From a virus (lineage: Duplodnaviria > Caudoviricetes): a stretch of 64,000 nucleotides of DNA. Of the stretch, positions 20,241-31,149 are shown piece after piece. A program made the translations under genes and the position numbers. The first letter of the stretch is position 1. The number at the start of each line of letters is the position of its first letter. The stretch lies in the IMG/VR virus record IMGVR_UViG_3300031857_000007. The stretch is one strand, 5' to 3'. The notes below the pieces were generated by a model. That model was not told the DNA's origin. It did not search any database and saw only the letters and a list, made by a program, of their open reading frames with translations.

Positions 20241-20982
20241 ATTCCTTATATTTTTCTTGAATATAATTATATTCTCTGGTATTAATTAACCAATTTCCTT
20301 CTGGGTGTTCAATAACAGCATCATATTGTGAAGTAGTGTGACTGCTTATTCTATTGTCATGATCTCTATTAGCAACTAGTACATCTTCTATAATGTGTGG
20401 GAGACCATTTTCCCATCTCATTCTATGATAAAAATCAGTGTCCAATAGCAGTTTTAAATTTTCATCAAAATCTACTTTAACTTCATTTAGAAAAGAAACG
20501 ACTGAAGGACTACTTAAAAGATTTCGACCCTCTAACATATAGTCAGTCCATTGTGGAACTTTATGGTCATAAAAAGTTTTTCCATCTTTTGTACCACAAA
20601 ATCCACTGAATGCCCATTTACAATTAGTTTTTTCATATTCTTTTTGAATTATATCAAGAGCGTCTTCTCTAACAAAAATATCATCTGAAAACATTATTTT
20701 AATAATGTCTCCAGAACAATTTTCTAGAGCAATATTTATATTTTCGCAAGGAACAGATCCTTGATACTTTATATACGTAAATTCGAAGTCTTCAGAATAG
20801 TCTTTACAAACATCCAATATACTATCATTTTTACTTTGATCAGAAATTACAATATCAAAATCTCTAAAAGTTTGAATTTTTAAAGACTCAAAAAGTTCCC
20901 TCAACCAAACAGTACCAACTTCCCCCCGATCATGGGTAGGAATCGCAATAGAAAATTTACAAGACATTATATTCTTTCCCAA
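20206..20982 (-). CDS. glycosyltransferase family 2
   Basis: IAIPTH, ISDQS, FSDD, DTDFY pattern. Confidence 0.85.
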   Translation of the reverse strand: MGKNIMSCKFSIAIPTHDRGEVGTVWLRELFESLKIQTFRDFDIVISDQSKNDSILDVCKDYSEDFEFTYIKYQGSVPCENINIALENCSGDIIKIMFSDDIFVREDALDIIQKEYEKTNCKWAFSGFCGTKDGKTFYDHKVPQWTDYMLEGRNLLSSPSVVSFLNEVKVDFDENLKLLLDTDFYHRMRWENGLPHIIEDVLVANRDHDNRISSHTTSQYDAVIEHPEGNWLINTREYNYIQEKYKEFVQTRRYPDEK

Positions 20983-21782
20983 GATTCTGGAACAAGATCA
21001 CTATCATCAAGATTTGCACTAGGTCCAAACCAAACTTTAGGTGCAATAATCTTCTTACTATCAGAGAGCCATGCTCCCCACCAACTAAAAGAACTATTTG
21101 CAATAATGTGATAATTGCACATAGTCATTAAACACATGTCAACAAGATTATTATTAGATTCTGAAATGAGGAATCTATCTGGTTGAAAGAGTTCTTGTTT
21201 TTTGCACCATTCTGGATCATCGGAAAAAATGAGAACTGGAATATCCTTTGGCATTTTATTTAATGCTTCTTCATAATATTCTAGAGGGCACAATGGATGA
21301 TAATTTTGCTTCTCCACATAATCTGTTCTGCGGATATGAAGAGATAAAGCTTCATCAAAAGTAAACACTTCCTTACAAGGATTCCAAATATCATTTACAA
21401 AAATGAAATCTTTCCGAATTTGATTTTCAATATGCTTGAAATATTTTTCAGTTTGGAAAAAACCATATAGATTTACATTATCAGAACAATTCTCAAATAA
21501 ATCTTCATCAAATGTAAAAGATTTTTCCTCAGTATAAACTGCACCAAGCATTTCAACATGCTTTAAAGATGAAAGTTCAAAAGCTTCAAATAATTGATGA
21601 TCGATATTTTCATTTTTAAATTCGCTTGGGGGAATACAATAATCATAATTATGCTTTGAAGCAATTCCTTTCAATGCCGCATATTGAAACATTTGATTTC
21701 CAAGTCTTCCATTACGACCTAAGTGATTATATCCAATCATGTTTACCTCAAATAATATCTTGAACAAAAAAATGAAATCCAA
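20967..21782 (-). CDS. GT11 alpha-1,2-fucosyltransferase-like
   Basis: GRLGNQMFQYA, HIRRTDY, IIANSSFSWWGAWL. Confidence 0.9.
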   Translation of the reverse strand: MDFIFLFKILFEVNMIGYNHLGRNGRLGNQMFQYAALKGIASKHNYDYCIPPSEFKNENIDHQLFEAFELSSLKHVEMLGAVYTEEKSFTFDEDLFENCSDNVNLYGFFQTEKYFKHIENQIRKDFIFVNDIWNPCKEVFTFDEALSLHIRRTDYVEKQNYHPLCPLEYYEEALNKMPKDIPVLIFSDDPEWCKKQELFQPDRFLISESNNNLVDMCLMTMCNYHIIANSSFSWWGAWLSDSKKIIAPKVWFGPSANLDDSDLVPESWERI

Positions 21783-22440
21783 AAGTCTCTATGCCGTCAT
21801 GATATGGAGATATATGTCTTTCTTTAGAGAATTTTGCTGCAACTTCTATAGGAGCAAACTTGCATCCTTGTTCTTCGTATATATGTCTGTTATGAACACA
21901 TATATTTCCGTCTTCTGAAGTTGACCCATACCCAAAATGCTTATAAAAATTTCCTTTATTCACATCCCAAGGTACTTGAACTTTGGTAGGAACATCTAAA
22001 AGTTTTTTACTTCTAAAACTAAACCCACCATTACCAACTGAAATATGTTCGCCAAATGGAGTCACAAATGACGCCTCTTCCCATCTCCATGGTGCTCCAA
22101 TGTAGTCGTAGTTAAACCAGGTGTTGTCCCAGTTCCACGGTCTAATAACATACCCATCCGGTTGAACAAGTAGACAATAATCAGTGTCAATATGTTTAGT
22201 GAGATTATAGATGCAATAATAATTATAATCATGGATTGATTCTATCTTATAGCATTTAGAAAACTCAATTCCTTCAGGAAGATTACCAGGATACTCGTGG
22301 GTAATTAATTTTACTTTTCCAAAGGATATACCCTCCATACTTTTTTGCAGAGCATAGAGAGCACCTGGAATATTGTTAGAAGAAATGCAAAAAAGAGTTA
22401 CATTTGGAAGACTAATCTTATTCATATTTAACCAAAACAC
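21748..22440 (-). CDS. DUF5672-like putative glycosyltransferase
   Basis: LLVQPDG, YDYIGAPW, VGNGGFSFRS, ED motifs. Confidence 0.75.
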   Translation of the reverse strand: MFWLNMNKISLPNVTLFCISSNNIPGALYALQKSMEGISFGKVKLITHEYPGNLPEGIEFSKCYKIESIHDYNYYCIYNLTKHIDTDYCLLVQPDGYVIRPWNWDNTWFNYDYIGAPWRWEEASFVTPFGEHISVGNGGFSFRSKKLLDVPTKVQVPWDVNKGNFYKHFGYGSTSEDGNICVHNRHIYEEQGCKFAPIEVAAKFSKERHISPYHDGIETFGFHFFVQDII

Positions 22441-23413
22441 CAGAAGTTTCAGGATTAATTACATGACTATATTTACGGTATTCTTGCCAACAGTCTTCAC
22501 CCAATTTAACTTTACCATCTCTATCCATATAAGTCCACTCAGGAACAATTGAATCTACAGGTCTCCACCAACCATCAGAGGTATTCCAATCAAACCAATA
22601 CATTGGAACAATAATATTTTTAAGTTCTGTAGACAACCAAACAGGCCAAAATGAAAACGTAGAGGAAGACATAATTACATTTTTTGCTGTGTGCAAAATA
22701 GTATAGTCAATTGATAGTGGTCCTCCTTTCATTTGATACCAACCGATTTTATAATCTGGTCCTCCTGGTTCATTAGAAACTGCAGCACCAACAACTTCAA
22801 TTCCGGGAATGTGTTTTCTTGCTAGTTCTAGATCGTCAGTAACGATCACAAATTTCATATCTCTTCTCCTATCCCTCATTCTTTCGATTGCCATTTGGTA
22901 GTAATGGGGAGGCAGAAAGGAAAATCCAGTGGAATAATCTCCACCACGAAAATGAATTACACAAATATCATCTGCAGAGTAGTCAGTAATAACTTTATCT
23001 TCATCAACTTTGCACCACACTCTAATATCATCACGACGATCTTCGATGTATAACATATTTTGAAATGTTCCATCGATTTTAGTATTATCAGGAAGGAAGA
23101 AAAGTCCATGGTCAATTGGGTTCATATCATGTTGATGACGACCTTCCTTATAATGTCCTTCTTGTCGTTCGCGATACCAAAATTCAATTCCTTCTGGGAG
23201 AGTATCAGGAGGTCCTCCATCTGGACCAGATCCACCAATAACTTCTTTACCCCAAAAATATTTCATCCATCCATTTCCTTTCCAAAGTTCTTTGCCTTTA
23301 ATCCCATATTCATATCCCAATTTTTCTGCAATGATACGGGTTACAACAGATGCCCAAATCTGATTACCAAGACCAGACCCAAGATACATTTCATTTACTA
23401 ACATATTCTCCAC
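22418..23413 (-). CDS. GT11-like glycosyltransferase (divergent)
   Basis: GLGNQIW, HFRGGDY, SSSTFSFW. Confidence 0.8.
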   Translation of the reverse strand: MENMLVNEMYLGSGLGNQIWASVVTRIIAEKLGYEYGIKGKELWKGNGWMKYFWGKEVIGGSGPDGGPPDTLPEGIEFWYRERQEGHYKEGRHQHDMNPIDHGLFFLPDNTKIDGTFQNMLYIEDRRDDIRVWCKVDEDKVITDYSADDICVIHFRGGDYSTGFSFLPPHYYQMAIERMRDRRRDMKFVIVTDDLELARKHIPGIEVVGAAVSNEPGGPDYKIGWYQMKGGPLSIDYTILHTAKNVIMSSSTFSFWPVWLSTELKNIIVPMYWFDWNTSDGWWRPVDSIVPEWTYMDRDGKVKLGEDCWQEYRKYSHVINPETSGVLVKYE

Positions 23414-24341
23414 TTAAAGCTTTATTTACAATATTATCAAAAAAAGTTGGAAGTGTCAATTGAGATAAATCCATGGTCTGTGCTTTAATAAACAAATCTT
23501 CATTGTCTTCTAAAAGTTGCTTCGTCACTTCTTTATAATCATCCACAAACAACACTGGATATCCATTGAATAATTTATTCAGATAAGGATGATTTTTCAT
23601 TATTGGGACTCTTCTCATATAAAGAACTTCCCAATTCCTATGACAATCGATAGCATTTCCGATAGGACAAATCATAAACTTAGACTGACTAAGATTATAT
23701 AAAAATACAGAATAAGGAACTCTTTCTTCATGCACTTCTGCCCATGATTCATTTTTAAAAATACCTTTAATGCCTACCCTTTCAATATTTGTAGATTCGC
23801 TATGACTAACATATAAAAGTCCAGGCGGATTTTTTGGCAAAAGTCTCATAGAACTCTTTATATCAAGTATTCTACTATCGTTCTGACTCATTGCTCTCTG
23901 CAAACCATAAGGAGCTGGAATTACCTTTCCTCCGTTAGCAATAGCATTTACCGCACTAATGCAAAGAACATTATCTGGTATTGATTCAAAAATATGCTCA
24001 TCAATAGGAGTATCTTCAAGATTAGTAAAAATGATAAATCTCATATCAGGAAAATTAGAACATAATCTTAACAGATCACTCTTTTCCATAAGACCTTCAA
24101 CATAAGGTCTATCAGAATCTTTAACCTCTACAATATGCCTTTTATATAAACGAATATTATCAATGAACAGAGTCATATAATCTCTGCTCTTTTTAATTTC
24201 AAAAACCTTCTCTACAAATTCTAAATTTAATAAATTTGCATCTTTCATAAAAGATGTAAAAATATTCCCCCATTGACCAGATTGATCTCCGAAGGAATAA
24301 TCACATAATTTTGAAAGCTCTATACCCTCAATCAATTCCAT
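23391..24341 (-). CDS. exostosin/GT47-like glycosyltransferase
   Basis: SKFMICPIGNAIDCHRNWEVLYMRRVPI. Confidence 0.7.
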   Translation of the reverse strand: MELIEGIELSKLCDYSFGDQSGQWGNIFTSFMKDANLLNLEFVEKVFEIKKSRDYMTLFIDNIRLYKRHIVEVKDSDRPYVEGLMEKSDLLRLCSNFPDMRFIIFTNLEDTPIDEHIFESIPDNVLCISAVNAIANGGKVIPAPYGLQRAMSQNDSRILDIKSSMRLLPKNPPGLLYVSHSESTNIERVGIKGIFKNESWAEVHEERVPYSVFLYNLSQSKFMICPIGNAIDCHRNWEVLYMRRVPIMKNHPYLNKLFNGYPVLFVDDYKEVTKQLLEDNEDLFIKAQTMDLSQLTLPTFFDNIVNKALSGEYVSK

Positions 24342-25189
24342 GGTTTAATAAAATTAGAATATTTTTCTTGATTATTAATGATATATTCTGGGTATGAACT
24401 ATCAATAGGCACGGTTGTTATTTGAATTGGTCTACCAAAAGGATCAATACCTTCTTCTATTTTCTTCTCAGCAGTAGAAGTAATTTCTTCTGTATTGTTT
24501 TCGGTATGTTCATATGCAGAAAGTTTTGCTCTAAAATTATCAGCATCACCAAAGAAACTCCAATGCCATCCGCCGTCTTCAATTTTATAAGAATCTTTGT
24601 GATTGTTTCTAAGCATATCAACAGAAGATTCTGACAGTTTTTCAAAACTACAAATTCTAGATCCCATCCAATTTTCTTGATAAAGATAGTTCAATTTGTA
24701 ATAGAATGCTCTTTGAAGGCACACATAATGATTATTTTTATCAAACCAATCTAAGTTTTCAAAAATTAAAGGATTTGGAACTTCATCAACATCACTCGTA
24801 ATTATAATATCTTCGTTGTTTATTCCACCCTTTATTGCACCATAAATGCTGGAATCTCTATTAAATATTGCTCTTTGAAATCTAATAGGATATTGATAAT
24901 ATGGATTTCCTCCATTATCATTTTCTTTCATTGGAGTATGATATTTCCGCTTTTCCATATAGTCGGAATAATCATTTGGAATTTCTTCGGTAATATTATG
25001 AATAATCTTGTGATTAAACTTAGAAAATCTTTCCTTGTTCTCAAGATAAAAAAGTGGTTTAGAATTTCCACTAACTGTCCAAGGAGACTCTGTGATTACA
25101 AAATAATCCACAAAATCATTAAGTACATTTAACCTAATTTCCAGAAGATCTAATTCGTTAAAGAAAATTACGGAATCAAAAATTTTCAT
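24332..25189 (-). CDS. GT17 (beta-1,4-GlcNAc transferase-like)
   Basis: FFNELDLLEIRLNVL, SDVDEVP, GGWHWSFFG. Confidence 0.88.
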   Translation of the reverse strand: MKIFDSVIFFNELDLLEIRLNVLNDFVDYFVITESPWTVSGNSKPLFYLENKERFSKFNHKIIHNITEEIPNDYSDYMEKRKYHTPMKENDNGGNPYYQYPIRFQRAIFNRDSSIYGAIKGGINNEDIIITSDVDEVPNPLIFENLDWFDKNNHYVCLQRAFYYKLNYLYQENWMGSRICSFEKLSESSVDMLRNNHKDSYKIEDGGWHWSFFGDADNFRAKLSAYEHTENNTEEITSTAEKKIEEGIDPFGRPIQITTVPIDSSYPEYIINNQEKYSNFIKPWN

Positions 25190-25974
25190 TTAATCTTATA
25201 CTCCAAAATGAATTTACGTTGTTCTTCATTGTTTTTCCATTCTTTAAGATTAATATAGTCATTTAACTCCATCATATAAACAGATATATCAGTTTCATAT
25301 AACATTTCCGGATTTAAGTGCTCATCAAGATATAAATTTGTACAGTAAAATTTTTTAATATTATTTGAACACAGAGCAGCTGCAACTGCAAAAGTTCCTA
25401 CACCAGAGGAAGCTAAATTTTTTGCTCTCAAAAGAGTAGAAAAATCATCAGAAACATTAGAAGATTGAATTGTAACTTTATTATTTTTTCTCAATTCATC
25501 TATGATTGGATTATAGTTGTCAGGTTCAGTAACAACTATAACTTTTTCATATTCTTCAATAAGATTTAAATAGTATACCAGAGGATTTGGAACATAGTCA
25601 TGAGGTGGATTATGTTCATGTGCAAAAATATCACCACTACGGATATGAATAACTAAAGTATCTTCATCAAAAGGATCCTTTATCGAGAATTTAAATTTAT
25701 TAATTACATACTCCTTTGCAACCCTTCTCATATTTTTATAGAGATAATTTATATCAATCTCAAAATCTTTATTTTCAGTATTATAATGGAAAAACCTAGA
25801 GGGCCTAACCATTGTTTGATTTCTCTGATTGAAAATAATTTGATCAATTAGTTCGTGAGGAGGAGTAAAAAATCCAGAATCATTAATTTCTGAAAAAATT
25901 ATTCCATTACAAATCTGTTGGATATTATTTCCAAGTCTCCCGTACCAATTACTGATAGTGTAAAGTATACTCAT
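25186..25974 (-). CDS. GT11-like glycosyltransferase (divergent)
   Basis: GRLGNNIQQ, HIRSGD, SGVGTF. Confidence 0.7.
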   Translation of the reverse strand: MSILYTISNWYGRLGNNIQQICNGIIFSEINDSGFFTPPHELIDQIIFNQRNQTMVRPSRFFHYNTENKDFEIDINYLYKNMRRVAKEYVINKFKFSIKDPFDEDTLVIHIRSGDIFAHEHNPPHDYVPNPLVYYLNLIEEYEKVIVVTEPDNYNPIIDELRKNNKVTIQSSNVSDDFSTLLRAKNLASSGVGTFAVAAALCSNNIKKFYCTNLYLDEHLNPEMLYETDISVYMMELNDYINLKEWKNNEEQRKFILEYKIK

Positions 25975-26609
25975 ATAAGGTCCTTATTAATATAGAATGC
26001 ATCTCCCCAAGTTCCACCTATCCAATCAGTTTCAACTCTGGTCATATTATATGATTTTAGAAATTCATCAATATCTTCTATCATAGCATTATTTTCGTAA
26101 ACTTCAGTATTATTAACTTCAGTATACACATAATCAATTTTATTAAGAGTTGTAGTAGCTCCTTTTAAAACTTCGAGTTCATACCCTTGGGTATCCATAT
26201 TAATAAAATTGTAAGAATGATCCTCTGGAATTATAGAATCCATTGTAACCATTTCTACAGTTTCAGTAGAATCAAAAGTAATATCTGGATATTGAACCAG
26301 AACATGTTTTGGTTTTAAAATAGAACTACACAATCCGTCAATATTACAATGCATTTCTACGGTTTTGTTTTCAGTCCCTAATGCTACATTATGCAATTCT
26401 AAATTTTCAAAATTCATTGATTTTGCAACTTTAGACAATTTTGCAAATGGTTCTTTTTGAGGTTCAAAGACAATAAGATTATTAATATTGTTGTCTTTAT
26501 AAGACTGCATTTCTTGTCCAATGTGTCCACCAACATGGATAACACCAGAAATATTGATGTCGTATTTTCTAATTATAGACCCAAGACTAATAATCATTTT
26601 AATTTCCAA
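25971..26609 (-). CDS. FkbM family methyltransferase
   Basis: HVGGHIG, FEP, MDTQGYELEVLKGA. Confidence 0.9.
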   Translation of the reverse strand: MEIKMIISLGSIIRKYDINISGVIHVGGHIGQEMQSYKDNNINNLIVFEPQKEPFAKLSKVAKSMNFENLELHNVALGTENKTVEMHCNIDGLCSSILKPKHVLVQYPDITFDSTETVEMVTMDSIIPEDHSYNFINMDTQGYELEVLKGATTTLNKIDYVYTEVNNTEVYENNAMIEDIDEFLKSYNMTRVETDWIGGTWGDAFYINKDLI

Positions 26610-27303
26610 ATATACAATCAGTGCTTTCTTTAGACAACCTACCAGGTTGTTTGAATAGTTTTACAATTTCACTATCAACTGCTTTTGGATCAATATACCA
26701 ATCTTCATAAGGATTGTTCAAATTTGCAACATTTCTAACTACCAATTCATATCCATATGAGGTAAGAAGTTGCATTGCTTCTTCTTGTGGTTCTGGACCG
26801 TCTTTATAAAGATCGGTTTCATAAGTAATAACAGAAAATCTGTATTCATCAAGTGGAATAGCCTTTAAAGCATTCAATGTTTGCCAAGCAGGTTCTATAT
26901 CTACCTGAAGATAATCAATTTGCTTTGGAAGATTTCTTTCTTCAAAAATCTTTTTAAAGTCAACCTCTAGAGCATTTGCACATACACATTTGTTTTTTCT
27001 AATCGAATTATATCCATTAACTTTTTCTGGATCAATTTCGAAAGAAACGCCTGTCCAATCAAATTTAGATTCTAGCAGATAGGTGTTGCTAATAATTACA
27101 GCATGATCTCCACCTATCTCAACATAGGTTCCATTTTTCTTTCCATTAAGAATGCTAAGAGCAAACATATCCTGAAAAGCTTGAGAATAGTTATTCTCAA
27201 TTGTTTCTACACCATCAAACTTATATCTTAGATTATCAAGATCTTTTTTAAAATACCGATTACATTCGGGAAAAATAAATTCGTCAATCATACTTGCTTC
27301 CAA
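26599..27303 (-). CDS. FkbM-like methyltransferase
   Basis: SQAFQD, YVEIGG, SNTYLLE, IDYLQVDIE. Confidence 0.8.
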   Translation of the reverse strand: MEASMIDEFIFPECNRYFKKDLDNLRYKFDGVETIENNYSQAFQDMFALSILNGKKNGTYVEIGGDHAVIISNTYLLESKFDWTGVSFEIDPEKVNGYNSIRKNKCVCANALEVDFKKIFEERNLPKQIDYLQVDIEPAWQTLNALKAIPLDEYRFSVITYETDLYKDGPEPQEEAMQLLTSYGYELVVRNVANLNNPYEDWYIDPKAVDSEIVKLFKQPGRLSKESTDCIFGN

Positions 27304-28283
27304 TATTCGTAAATGTCTTTTGTAACTTCATACTCCATTGTCTTAACTTTTCTGTTTGGTTGTTTCATTGCCCAAACAAACATACTTTCAATTAGTTCAT
27401 CGAGATTTGTTTCATCTCTAAATTCTAACATAGTTTTTGCTTTTGTGTGATCACAATAAGCATGTTTTACTTCATGTCTGGGTTCTCCATGTTCAATAGG
27501 AACTTCATACCCATACTTTTTACCAATTCTTTGAACGGTTTCCGCAACTTCATTTAAAGTAAAATACTTATCTGCGCCAATATTAAAAGTTTCTCCATCA
27601 AAATCAGTAAGAAGTTTATCAAAAGGTTGCATGTAATATTTGATATCTGAGAAAGCACGAGTCTGTTCTCCATCACCATAAACAAGAATAGGTTGACCAT
27701 TCAAAGTTTTGCGGATAAAAATGCCGATCACATTACGATAGCGGTCCCAAATGTTTTGATATATTCCAAGAACATTGTGTGGTCTTACGATATTATATCT
27801 CAAACCAAACTGTTCATGTGCCAATTTCAAATCACATTCAACAGCATACTTAGCGATACCATATGGGTCAATTGGTTGTGGTTTTTTATCTTCAGTAAAT
27901 GGTGGATCTTGTTCCCCATATACAGCCATACTAGAAGTGAAGATTATTTTTGTATCATGTTTAATACATTCATTAATCAGGTTTGCAGAACAAATAAGAT
28001 TATTCCGATAATTAAAATTTCTAATAAAAGGAGAAAGTCCTTCAGCAGCGTATGCAGCAAAATGAAGAAGAATATCTGGTCTGTGTTCTTCAAACAGTTC
28101 TACAACTTTTTTTCTTTTTTCCAGATCAAGTTTTACAAAAGTAAAATTTTCTGCTTTTGGTAGAAATGCTCGATAACCACCAGAAAGATTATCTATACCA
28201 ATAACATCATGACCATTTAAAATCAAATGTCGCGTATAATTAGATCCAAGAAGACCTGCACAACCGGTTACAAATATTTTCAT
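27288..28283 (-). CDS. NAD-dependent nucleotide-sugar epimerase/dehydratase
   Basis: GCAGLLG, SSMAVYG, YGIAK. Confidence 0.92.
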   Translation of the reverse strand: MKIFVTGCAGLLGSNYTRHLILNGHDVIGIDNLSGGYRAFLPKAENFTFVKLDLEKRKKVVELFEEHRPDILLHFAAYAAEGLSPFIRNFNYRNNLICSANLINECIKHDTKIIFTSSMAVYGEQDPPFTEDKKPQPIDPYGIAKYAVECDLKLAHEQFGLRYNIVRPHNVLGIYQNIWDRYRNVIGIFIRKTLNGQPILVYGDGEQTRAFSDIKYYMQPFDKLLTDFDGETFNIGADKYFTLNEVAETVQRIGKKYGYEVPIEHGEPRHEVKHAYCDHTKAKTMLEFRDETNLDELIESMFVWAMKQPNRKVKTMEYEVTKDIYEYWKQV

Positions 28284-29149
28284 ACAGTTTCCTCAAATAC
28301 CTCCCATTCTGGACAATACAAATCTTTAGTATCTTTGTCTGCATAAGACGGACCAAACCATTTTTTTGGCGCGATTACTTTTTTATTAGGATTATTAATT
28401 AGCCAAGCTCCCCACCAAGAAAGTGAACTATTAGCAATAATAGCATGAGAACACAAAGACATCAAGCACAAATCAGTATACGGAGTATACGATCCATCTT
28501 CATATTTTTCTTGTGGTTGTGATATAAAAAATCTATCACCTTTAAATAATTTTTGACTTTCGACCCATTCGGGAGAATCCGAAAAGACAATAACTGGTTG
28601 ATTATCATTAAACTTATCAAGTGCTTGAGAATAATATTCCATTGTCTGTAAAGGATGTTGATCCTGGCAATTAACATATGCCCATTTAAACCCTCTAGGA
28701 TCAACAAGATTAGGATCACCTCGTCTTATATGAATAAAGATTGGATTTTGATTTTTAAATTCTGATATAAATTCCAAACAGGGATCAAGATGATAATCAA
28801 GAAATGTAAATTCTTTTCTAATATCTTCGGACACTTCTTTGAAGTATTTTTCAGATTGAAAAAAACCATAGAGACTTACATTATCTGGGCAGTTCTCGTA
28901 AAGTTCTTGATCATAATGAAAATACCTTTCTTTAAGATGCAAAAAATCTTCTCTTATATCTTGTCTATCTTCAGTAACAGATTCTAATTTGAAACATTCA
29001 TGAAGACTGTAGTTTTCTATGCCAGTAACTGAGAATGGTGGAATACACCAATCATAATTATTTTTTGCTGCTATTCCACGCAGAGCAGCATACTCAAACA
29101 TTTGGTTGCCAAGTCTGCCCAGATTTCCCAGGTGATTAAAAGCTAACAT
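28280..29149 (-). CDS. GT11 alpha-1,2-fucosyltransferase-like
   Basis: GRLGNQMFEYA, HIRRGD, IIANSSLSWWGAWL. Confidence 0.9.
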   Translation of the reverse strand: MLAFNHLGNLGRLGNQMFEYAALRGIAAKNNYDWCIPPFSVTGIENYSLHECFKLESVTEDRQDIREDFLHLKERYFHYDQELYENCPDNVSLYGFFQSEKYFKEVSEDIRKEFTFLDYHLDPCLEFISEFKNQNPIFIHIRRGDPNLVDPRGFKWAYVNCQDQHPLQTMEYYSQALDKFNDNQPVIVFSDSPEWVESQKLFKGDRFFISQPQEKYEDGSYTPYTDLCLMSLCSHAIIANSSLSWWGAWLINNPNKKVIAPKKWFGPSYADKDTKDLYCPEWEVFEETV

Positions 29150-29997
29150 TAAATCATCTCCTTTATTATATTAGAAATACCCTCTTCAATAGATGTTTTG
29201 GATACCCAGTACTTATTGATATAAGTATTTGGTTTATTTTTCTTATCCATTTGAACAGAATCTTTCTCCTGCGAAGGGACAATTTTCACTTCTTTTCCCA
29301 TCGATTTAAATTGATCGACAATAACATTTGCAATATCAATAATTTTAATTGGTTGGAAACTTGTAATATGAAGTTCATCCTCACTAGTAAATTCGGAGTA
29401 GTTATTCATTATTGATTCCAATGCTTCACAACAGTCTTCTGCGTATAGAAACTCTCGCTCTTCTTGTCCATCAGTAAGCATGTCAATGACACCAGTTTCA
29501 AAACCTTTGCGGATGAAGTCAGTAATGACATGGGATTTTTCGTGATCTTTTTCAATTCCATAAACATTCCAAAACTTAACAATCAATCCATTCAATGACT
29601 TAGTATAGAGTTCACCAACATTTTTAAGCACACCATATGGAGAATAACTCATGTTACTCATCTGTGATGAAGCAAAGATAAATCTCTTATTATGCTTTTG
29701 AAGATATCCAAAAGCATTTGCCATCAAACGAGTATTGTTATCAATAAACTGGAAAGTATGTTGATACTTCTTGAGATAACGAGAACCACCAACATCAAAT
29801 GCAAGGAAGAATACAAAGTCAGAATCTTGTATCGCCATTTCCAATGACGAATTTGGAATTCTAGTCATATCTTGTTCTGGTCCATTCACAACATCGAATT
29901 CATGGACAGTATGACCTTTTCCACGAAGATATTCGGTCAGGTATGCTCCAACTTGACCACTTGAACCTAATACTGCAATATTCATGCTACTATTCAC
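29149..29997 (-). CDS. NAD-dependent nucleotide-sugar epimerase/reductase
   Basis: GSSGQVG, YGVLK, REFLYAED. Confidence 0.88.
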   Translation of the reverse strand: MNSSMNIAVLGSSGQVGAYLTEYLRGKGHTVHEFDVVNGPEQDMTRIPNSSLEMAIQDSDFVFFLAFDVGGSRYLKKYQHTFQFIDNNTRLMANAFGYLQKHNKRFIFASSQMSNMSYSPYGVLKNVGELYTKSLNGLIVKFWNVYGIEKDHEKSHVITDFIRKGFETGVIDMLTDGQEEREFLYAEDCCEALESIMNNYSEFTSEDELHITSFQPIKIIDIANVIVDQFKSMGKEVKIVPSQEKDSVQMDKKNKPNTYINKYWVSKTSIEEGISNIIKEMI

Positions 29998-31085
29998 TTA
30001 TTTGTAGATTCGATCTGATCATTAATCCAAGAATACGTCTTACGAATTCCTTCCTCTAAGGTTTGAGAATAATCCCAACCAAGTTTTTCGCGGATAAGAT
30101 CATTATTGGAATTACGACCACGAACACCAAGAGGACCATCAATATGATTCTTCTCTACAGTTTTACCAGAAACTTTAGCAGCAATATCTACAAGTTGATT
30201 GATAGTTACCATTTCCTCAGAACCAATATTCACTGGACCTTGGAAGTCAGAATCCATCATTCGGCGGGTTGCTTCAATACATTCATCAATGTAGAGGAAT
30301 GAACGAGTCTGTTTTCCATCACCCCAAACATCAATTGTACCACCTTCCTTTGGAAGATATGCTACTTTACGACAGATTGCTGCAGGTGCTTTCTCTCTTC
30401 CACCTTCCCAGGTTCCTTCAGGTCCGAAGATATTATGATACCTAGCAACCCGAACAGGGATCCCATAATTACGAGAATAAGCGAGAAACAACCGCTCTGA
30501 GAACAACTTCTCCCAACCATACTCAGAATCTGGGTTAGCTGGGTATGCTGATTCTTCACGGCAGTCAGGATTGTCTGGATCAAGTTGATTATGCTCTGGA
30601 TACATACAGGCAGATCCAGAATAGAAAATTTTGGTTTGATATTCTAAAACAGGTCGAACACATGCAGTTCCATTATCAACACCATCAAATGTTTCATTCA
30701 GTTGGCGCTGTGCCTCAAGAACATTAAGGTTAATTTGTGACGAGTTATGCATGATATCTGCATCATTTTCGCCAGTAAAGACGAATCCTGCACCACCCAT
30801 ATCAGCAGCAAACTGATAGATTTCGTGGAACGGAAGAATGCAGCGATAAGGAACACTGGCGTAAAAATTACCTTGCTCACCTTTGAATTCAAGAACACGG
30901 CGAACAAAACTCATGTCACGCAAGTCACCTTGAATAAATTCATCTGCTTCTGAAATAGAAAACTCAGGATATTTGAGATCTACACCACGAACCCAATATC
31001 CCTCTGCTTTCAAACGCTTTACCATGTGGCTTCCAATGAATCCACCAGCACCAAGTACAAGTGCCGTTTTTTTATAATCGCTCAT
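29994..31085 (-). CDS. GDP-mannose 3,5-epimerase-like SDR
   Basis: GAGGFIG, AADMGGAGF, SACMYP, YGWEKL, EKAPAAICRK, GDGKQTRSFLYIDEC, GVRGRNS. Confidence 0.8.
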   Translation of the reverse strand: MSDYKKTALVLGAGGFIGSHMVKRLKAEGYWVRGVDLKYPEFSISEADEFIQGDLRDMSFVRRVLEFKGEQGNFYASVPYRCILPFHEIYQFAADMGGAGFVFTGENDADIMHNSSQINLNVLEAQRQLNETFDGVDNGTACVRPVLEYQTKIFYSGSACMYPEHNQLDPDNPDCREESAYPANPDSEYGWEKLFSERLFLAYSRNYGIPVRVARYHNIFGPEGTWEGGREKAPAAICRKVAYLPKEGGTIDVWGDGKQTRSFLYIDECIEATRRMMDSDFQGPVNIGSEEMVTINQLVDIAAKVSGKTVEKNHIDGPLGVRGRNSNNDLIREKLGWDYSQTLEEGIRKTYSWINDQIESTNK

Positions 31086-31118
31086 AGATTACATTAAACT
31101 CTTTTTATATATTATACT

Positions 31119-31146
31119 AAAAAAGGTGGGTTTATGCAACCCACCT
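31119..31146 (-). terminator. intrinsic terminator overlapping a sigma70 promoter of the glycan cluster
   Basis: AGGTGGGTT/AACCCACCT plus U-run; TTGCAT-N17-TATAAT at 31139-31111. Confidence 0.7.
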
Positions 31147-31149
31147 CTG

